A stretch of 63,148 nucleotides of DNA, filler included, from Conidiobolus incongruus B7586 (taxonomy: Eukaryota): the NCBI GenBank assembly GCA_000697335.1. It is 31 parts of 31 records of this genome, joined end to end, with 100 filler letters (N's around TTAATTAATTAA, not from the genome) between each part and the next. Parts side by side here need not be neighbours in the genome. Positions count along the whole stretch, not along the records: positions 56,036 to 57,924 come from JNEM01005504.1; positions 58,025 to 59,579 come from JNEM01005505.1; positions 59,680 to 60,736 come from JNEM01005512.1; positions 60,837 to 61,913 come from JNEM01005513.1; positions 62,014 to 63,148 come from JNEM01005521.1; 26 more parts are not named here. The stretch is one strand, 5' to 3'. The notes beneath the pieces were generated by a model. The model was not told the DNA's origin and made no database searches. It was given only the letters and a program-made list of their open reading frames with translations. Position 1 is the stretch's first letter. Every line of letters begins with the position of its first letter. The position numbers and the translations under genes are program-made. Positions 56,036 through 63,148 of this stretch are shown here, piece after piece.

Positions 56036-57924
56036 TATATACTAGTTTTATAATTAAAAGTATTTCTAAATAATATTAAATACTGTTATTTTATAATCTT
56101 TTAATTTTCTTCCAAGTTAAATTTAATAGAAAAGTTAATATATTTAATATTAAATTAAAATTCAATAATATTTAAAAATAAATTAATTTAAAATTATAAA
56201 ATAATTAATAAATTTGGATGTTTATTATAATTAATGAAATAAAGGTTAAAATCTTTTGATCTGTTAATAAAGGTTTTTAAAGAATATTACAGTTAATAGA
56301 TATAAATATCCTGATTTAAATGATTAGTGTTTATATAAACTTTAATCATTTATTTTAAGGTTTTAATAGTTTTTTTAATAAGTTAATTAATTTAATAATA
56401 ATTAGAAATAAACATAGTTAGATTAATTTTAAAAAAAATAATGACTTTCAAAATTAAGAGTTGAATTACCTATTTTTATTAGATATAATAGTTTATGGAA
56501 TTTTATAATAAATTAAAAATATTAGAGAATAACAACTATATAATATATTTAACTTTTAAAGTTTTATAACAAATAATAAAATAAATATAATTAAAAAATA
56601 TATCTATTATAATTAATAAGTTATGATAACAATTTGTTAATTTAAGAATTTTTATAAAATTAAGTTAAATTTATTCTTAAGTTTTATTAAAAATTTGTAA
56701 ATGGATAAGTTTATTATATTTTAATTAGGTATTATAATTAATCTTTTAGTATATATTATAAGTAGTAATATATTTTTAAATTAATTTAATTAGGGAAAGC
56801 TAATAATATTTTATTTTAATTTTTTTAATAGTCTTCAATTAATTTTAATACTCTTTAATAAATAAGTTATAATATTCATTAAATATTATTTGTTAAATCT
56901 TAAGAATATTAAGAAAAAATAAGTAATTATTATAGTATAGTAGGTTAGTAATAATTTAAAATGTTTTAACATTTTAATTAGTTTTTGATAATTTAAAGAG
57001 TTTTTTTAATTATAATAAAGAGTTTATTATTTAATAATGTTTTGTAAAATAGTTTAATAAGTTTTTTATTTCTTTTATTAATAAACATTAAGTTAATATT
57101 TGGTAGGTTTTTATAATTAAAATAAATTGATAAATATATAAGATTTTTTTATAAAATATCTATAACATAATTTTATTAGCTTAAAAGATATAAAATAAAG
57201 AAAAAATAAGCTTAAATAATTTTAATTTATTTAACTTATCATTTTATTAAATACTTTTGGGTATTTGATCAAATAAATGATTTGTAATTTATAAATACTA
57301 CGAAAAAATTATAAAATAAGAAATATAAATGATTTTTGATTATTTCTACTAAAGTAAAGAATTTTTATTTATAAACAGGTATTTTAATTTAGCTAGTTTC
57401 ATTTTTTTAATTAGAATGTTATTAACTTTAAGATAATATTTAAAAGGTTAAATTTAATTTATTCTTTTTTATTTATTATTTTATCTTATAGTTAAAGGGT
57501 AAAAAATAAATTAAATTTAAGTTAACTATTTATTAATTATAAAAAAATTAAAATTAGTGAAAATAATAGTAGGTAGTTTTAAATTAAAAATAGATAAGAT
57601 AAAACCATTAATAAAATAGAAAATTAAAGCCTTTATATAAAAAATATATAATAGGCTTTATTTAAAAAAAGAGTTTTTTCTCAAGAGATCAGTTAATAAA
57701 GTTATAAGTTCAATAAAAAAATTAATGAAATTTTTAAAGTAATTTAATAATTTAAGTATAAACATAAATTGATCTTTATTTATAAATATAGTAAAGGTTT
57801 TTTATATTATTAAATTTAATTAAATCAATGTTAATTCTTTAAAAAAATTGAAATAATTATAGAACAAAATAGAAAAAGCATTAAAAATATATTTTAATGA
57901 TATTAAAGATAATTTATTTTCTTA
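56036..57924 (-). mobile_element. Second copy of degenerate Ty3/gypsy pol (RT end, RNase H, integrase)
   Basis: Colinear with ~2575-4465 and independently mutated. Confidence 0.85.
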
Positions 57925-58024
57925 NNNNNNNNNNNNNNNNNNNNNNNNNNNNNNNNNNNNNNNNNNNNTTAATTAATTAANNNNNNNNNNNNNNNNNNNN
58001 NNNNNNNNNNNNNNNNNNNNNNNN

Positions 58025-59424
58025 TAACCTTTAATATTTAACTAAGGTGAGTTATAAATTTGTGGGTTTTTGAGATAAAAAGATATATTTAATAATATAT
58101 AACTATATCTTTTTTCTCTTTTTGATAATATTTTATATAATATTTTATAAATATACTAATTTTATTTTATTAGTAATATTATACTTAAATCCCTCTCTAA
58201 AAAAATCTACTTGTACATTAATTAACTTTATAAAAAAAGTAAATCAACTTATAATATTATTAGAATTACTAGTGTTAATTAGTTTATTATAGTTGAAATT
58301 ATTAAAAATAATAATAAAGAAATATTTAAACTTAAACTTAAGTATGTTAAAATTATAGATAAATATAATTGGAAGTAAATTTATAAGTTAGTTAATATAG
58401 ACAAATATAGTATTATTATAAAAATACAACAAAAATTATAAAACTATATAAGAATATTAATTAACACTAATACTATTATATGTATTTTATACTAATATAA
58501 ATACTATTTACACTTTAAGAAAAAACACCTTTAATTAAAGAAATCTTATTATAAAATTAGGTGGGAGTTTAAATATTACTACTAATATTGAACTAAAACT
58601 AATTAGAGTAAAGTTATTTAATCTAATAAAACAAAAATATATTTTAGTAGATTTAATAAAAAAACTAAATACTTTAAAAAAATATAAAACTACTTAATAA
58701 CTATTATATTAATTTTACTTAAAAGTATAATAGTAGGTTAATTATTATTTAAAGATATATGTTATTTTTAAGTGTAAAGTATTTTTGTAAAGTTAATAAA
58801 AGAATTAATATTGAAATATATTAAAATATTTTAAATAATTAATTAAAAAAAACTATTGAATAATATAGGTTAAATAATTCTGATGTTATTTTCTAGTAAG
58901 ATAATATTTTTACTATACTATAACTTTTACTATTAAATAACTTAAAAATAACAAAATAATAGTTATAAAGTAGCTTCTTTAATTTTTTAACTTTAATCTA
59001 ATTAAACACCTTTAGGATTAATTAAAAAAAGTTATTAAAGTTTTCCCTTTAATAAAAAATTTAAATCAATTTTAAAAATATATTCAAGAAGTATAAAATA
59101 AGATTAACTTTTTTTAGTGTAAGAAGTTAGTTGATTTTATATTACACAAACTTAAAGAAGATAGAAAAGTTAAAGGTAAATATACTAAGTTTTAATTTTT
59201 TTTATCATCAAAAACCTATAAATTTATAACTCACCTTAGGTAAAACTTAAAGGTTTATATATTAACCAATTAATAATTAAATATCATCATTTAATAATAT
59301 ATATAACTAATAAATATAATAGATTTTAATTAATTAAAATAGGTTTATTTTATTAAATATTAATTAAGTTATCAGTAAAAATATAAGTGTTTTTGATTTT
59401 ATAACTTATTTTTACAGGTTAGTG
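58025..59424 (+). mobile_element. Tc1 subfamily 1 copy; transposase pseudogene ~58181-59195 (~337 codons)
   Basis: Inner DRs aggtgagttataaatttgtggg / cctataaatttataactcacct. The right TIR ends caggttagtg-TA. Confidence 0.92.
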
Positions 59425-59679
59425 TATTAATTATTATTTTGAATTTTTTAAGATAAATTAAAATAAATACCTTTTAATTAAATAATCATAAGAAATAATC
59501 TTTAAATTTTATTTTATAAATTTTAATTTAAAAATACAATAAGATATTAAATCAAATTGATCTTTTTTATAAATTACAANNNNNNNNNNNNNNNNNNNNN
59601 NNNNNNNNNNNNNNNNNNNNNNNTTAATTAATTAANNNNNNNNNNNNNNNNNNNNNNNNNNNNNNNNNNNNNNNNNNNN

Positions 59680-60736
59680 AATATTTAATATAATAAACCT
59701 AAATTAAATAATTAAAATCTATTATATCAATTTATAATATATATAATTAACTAATAATATTTTTTTATTAATTGGTTAAAATATAAAACTATAAATTTTA
59801 CCTAAAATTAGTAATAAATTTATAGATTTTTGATGATAAAAAATTAAAACCTAGTGTATCTACCTTCAGCTTTTATAACTTTTTTAAGTTTTTAGGGTAT
59901 AGAATTAATTATCTTTTTATACAAAAAAGGGTTAATTTTATTCTATATTTTTTAATTATATTTTTAAAGCTGATTTAAATCTTTTGCTAAGGGAAAAACT
60001 TTAATAGATTATTTTAATTAAACTTAAAGATATTCAATTAGATTAAGGTTAAAAGATTAAAAAAGCTACTTTATAACTGTTAACTTATTATTTTTAAGTT
60101 ATATAGTAATAAAAGCTATAATATAACCAAAGATATTAGCTTGTAGGAAAATTATATTAGATTTGTTTAATCTATATTATTCAATGATTTTTTTAATTTA
60201 TTATTCATAATATTTTATTATATTTTATTATTAATTCCCTCATTAATTTTATAAAGATATCTTATATCTGAAGACAACATATATCCCCAAATAATAATTA
60301 ACCTATTATTATACTTTTGGGTAGAATTAATATGATAGTTATAAAGTAATTTTATATTTTTTCTAAAGTAACTAGCTTTTGTATTAAATTTACTAAGATA
60401 TATTTCTATCTTATCAAACTAAATAACCTTATTTAAATTAATTTTAATTTAATTTTAATTATAATATTTAAACCCTTGCTTAGCTTTATAATGGGATTTC
60501 TTTAGTTAGGGGTGTTTTTTCTTAAGATATAAATAATATTTATATTAATATAAAATATATATAATAATATCAATATTAACTAATATTCTTATATAATCAT
60601 ATAGTTCCTGTTATATTTTTATAATAATATCATATTTACTTGTATTAACTAACTTATAGATATATTTCTTATTATATTCATTTATAATTTTAATATATTT
60701 AAGTTTCAATTTAAATGTATTTTTATTATTATTCTT
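59680..60736 (-). mobile_element. Degenerate Tc1 copy
   Basis: Retains ATT TGG GGA TAT ATG TTG TCT TCA (WG.M motif) at ~60268-60291. Confidence 0.88.
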
Positions 60737-60836
60737 NNNNNNNNNNNNNNNNNNNNNNNNNNNNNNNNNNNNNNNNNNNNTTAATTAATTAANNNNNNNN
60801 NNNNNNNNNNNNNNNNNNNNNNNNNNNNNNNNNNNN

Positions 60837-61913
60837 TTTATAAAAAAATAAATTAACTTGAGATATTGTTAAAATTACTATTGTTAGTTAATCTACTATA
60901 GTTAAAGTTATTAAGAATAATAATAAAAAATATTTAAATTTAAAATTAAATATATTAAAATTATAAATAAATATAATAAGAAGTATATCTATAGGTTAGT
61001 TAATATAAGTAAGTATAGTATTACTATAGAAATATAATAGGAATTATAAAACTATACAAAAATATTAGTTAGTATTAATACTATTATATATACTTTATAT
61101 TAGCATAAATATCACTTATACTTTAAGAAAAAACACCCTTAACTAAAAAAATCTTATTGTAAAGTTAAGCAAAAGTTTAAATGTTATCATTAATATTAAA
61201 CTAAAACTAATTAAAATAAAGTTATTTAATTTAATAAAATAAAAATATACTTTATTAAATTTAATAAAAAAGTTAAATGTTTTAAAAAAGATATATAATT
61301 ATTTTATGACTATTATGTTAATTTTACCCATAAGTATAATAGTAGATTAATTATTATTTAGGGATATTTATTGTTTTTAGGTATAAAGTATCTTTATAAA
61401 GTTAATAAAAGAATTAATACTAAAATATACTAAAGTACTTTAAATAATAAATTAAAAAAAAACTATTAAATAATATAAGTTAAATAAATCTGAAGTTATT
61501 TTTTAGTAAGATAATATCTTTTGTTATATTATATCTTTTATTACCAAATAGCTTAAAAATAATAAGATAATAGTTATAAAGTAGCTTCTTTAATTTTTAA
61601 CTTTGATCTAATTAAATACCTTTGGGATTAGTTAAAAAAAGCTATTAAAGTTTTCCCCTTAGTAAAAAATTTAAATTAACTTTAAAAATATATTTAAGAA
61701 ATATAGAGTAAAATTAACCTGTTTTAGTATAAAAAGTTAATTGATTCTATACCCTACAAACTTAAAGAAGTTAGAAAAGTTAAAAATAAATATATTAATT
61801 TTTAAATTTTTATCACTAAAAACCTATAAATTTATAATTTACCATAGGTAAAATTTAAAGGTTTATATTTTAACCAATTAATAACTAAATATCATCATTT
61901 AATAATATATATA
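60837..61913 (+). mobile_element. Degenerate Tc1 copy
   Basis: Retains CTT TGG GAT (LWD) at ~61620 and is colinear with the family. Confidence 0.88.
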
Positions 61914-62020
61914 NNNNNNNNNNNNNNNNNNNNNNNNNNNNNNNNNNNNNNNNNNNNTTAATTAATTAANNNNNNNNNNNNNNNNNNNNNNNNNNNNNNN
62001 NNNNNNNNNNNNNAATAAAT

Positions 62021-63148
62021 ATATACAAAATTAATAGGAAATTATATATTTTTAATATATATATATATATAATAATTTTTTTTATTAAAAAAATTAACTC
62101 TTTAAAACTGGTTGTTTAATTTAATTATATTTAAACTAAATAGTGATCATCAAAAGTCTTTTATTTTGGTATCAATAAACTTAGCCATAAGTTTCTAAAA
62201 TTATTTGAAATTTATAAATATTTTTTGGTAATAGAAAATTATCTAAAATAACAATTTATTACTAGATAAGTTATTTTAAGATTAAAGGAGAAATTATCTA
62301 AAACCTGTTAAAATTTAAAAAATTAATTTTAATTGTTATATTTTTATTTATTAATAAAATAAAAAAGTATATTAAAAAATACCCTTTTATTTTAGATAAA
62401 GAATTACCAAGATATTTTAATATTAATTATATAAGTATTTTATATATATTAAAATTTAAAATTAATAAATAAAAATATAAAATAAATATTTATAATTTAA
62501 CTAAAGCTTAAAAAAAGCTAGAATAGATATTATTAAATAAAACTTACTAAGATATAGCTAGAAACCAAGATTTTTAAAATAAATTATTATAATTGATAAA
62601 TCTTTAATCTTTTTTTATAATTCTTTAATAAAACATAAATCAAAATATTAGATTAAGCTAAATCAACCCTTTTTATAAATTTCTTTAAATAAATACTATA
62701 TCAATAAGTGAATAATAATTATTAAAAAAGATTATAATAATATTGACTATTTTTATTTAATTTTTAAAGAAAAATAAATTAATAATAAATTATATATTAT
62801 TTTTTTAAATAAAACTATTTTTAACTAATATTTTCAATATAATTTAAGAAAATGTATTTCTTATATAATAATTATAAAATATATAAAGCTAAAGATAAAA
62901 ACAAACTTTCAAATTAAAAATAACTGGAAAAAATTACTATATCTAGTATATTCCTTAAATTATAACCCATGTGATTATAATTGTTTGGGATAAATAAAAA
63001 ACCAACTTATAAAAAAAATTCATATAAAAAAAATTAATTTTATATATAAAATATCAAATTTCAATTTTTAATAAAAATAAATGATTTTTAGGTATTAGAA
63101 CTTAATTAAAAAAATAACAAAAATTTATTAAAAATATAGGAAATTATT
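62021..63148 (+). mobile_element. Degenerate mariner element
   Basis: AAC TGG AAA AAA TTA ... TAT TCC ... TAT AAC CCA TGT GAT TAT at 62922-62978, followed by GGT ATT AGA (GIR) near the C-terminus. Confidence 0.88.

Noticed and set aside
1..63148. Organellar, endosymbiont or alternative-genetic-code (TAA/TAG=Gln) origin for the AT-rich DNA
   Set aside because: The intact genes have spliceosomal introns, end in TAA and have no internal TAA/TAG. The stops in TE relics also replace Trp and vary between copies.

Overview
This is extremely AT-rich eukaryotic DNA, almost certainly fungal. It is probably an early-diverging, Conidiobolus-like Entomophthoromycotina species, but that is inferred from the genes and not proven. 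The window is 31 short contigs joined by 30 artificial 100-bp spacers (N44-TTAATTAATTAA-N44), so adjacency across spacers is not reliable. Only three intact genes are present: two convergent, intron-containing secreted S1A serine protease paralogs with an elastase-type S1 pocket (8059-8899 +, 11074-11912 -) and a three-exon fungal MIT-domain protein (41692-43876 -). Much of the apparent 'AT desert' is readable transposon sequence destroyed almost entirely by C>T/G>A transitions. It includes about 20 copies or fragments of a ~1.57 kb DD34E Tc1 element with IR/DR ends, several of them nested, and about 8 copies of a DD34D mariner. It also includes two pieces of a Ty3/gypsy chromovirus pol and three solo-LTR-like elements. 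Reading frames are largely preserved while CpA/TpG become TpA, which looks like repeat-induced point mutation (RIP) or a related genome-defence system. Short repeats and the duplicated protease genes appear to escape it.
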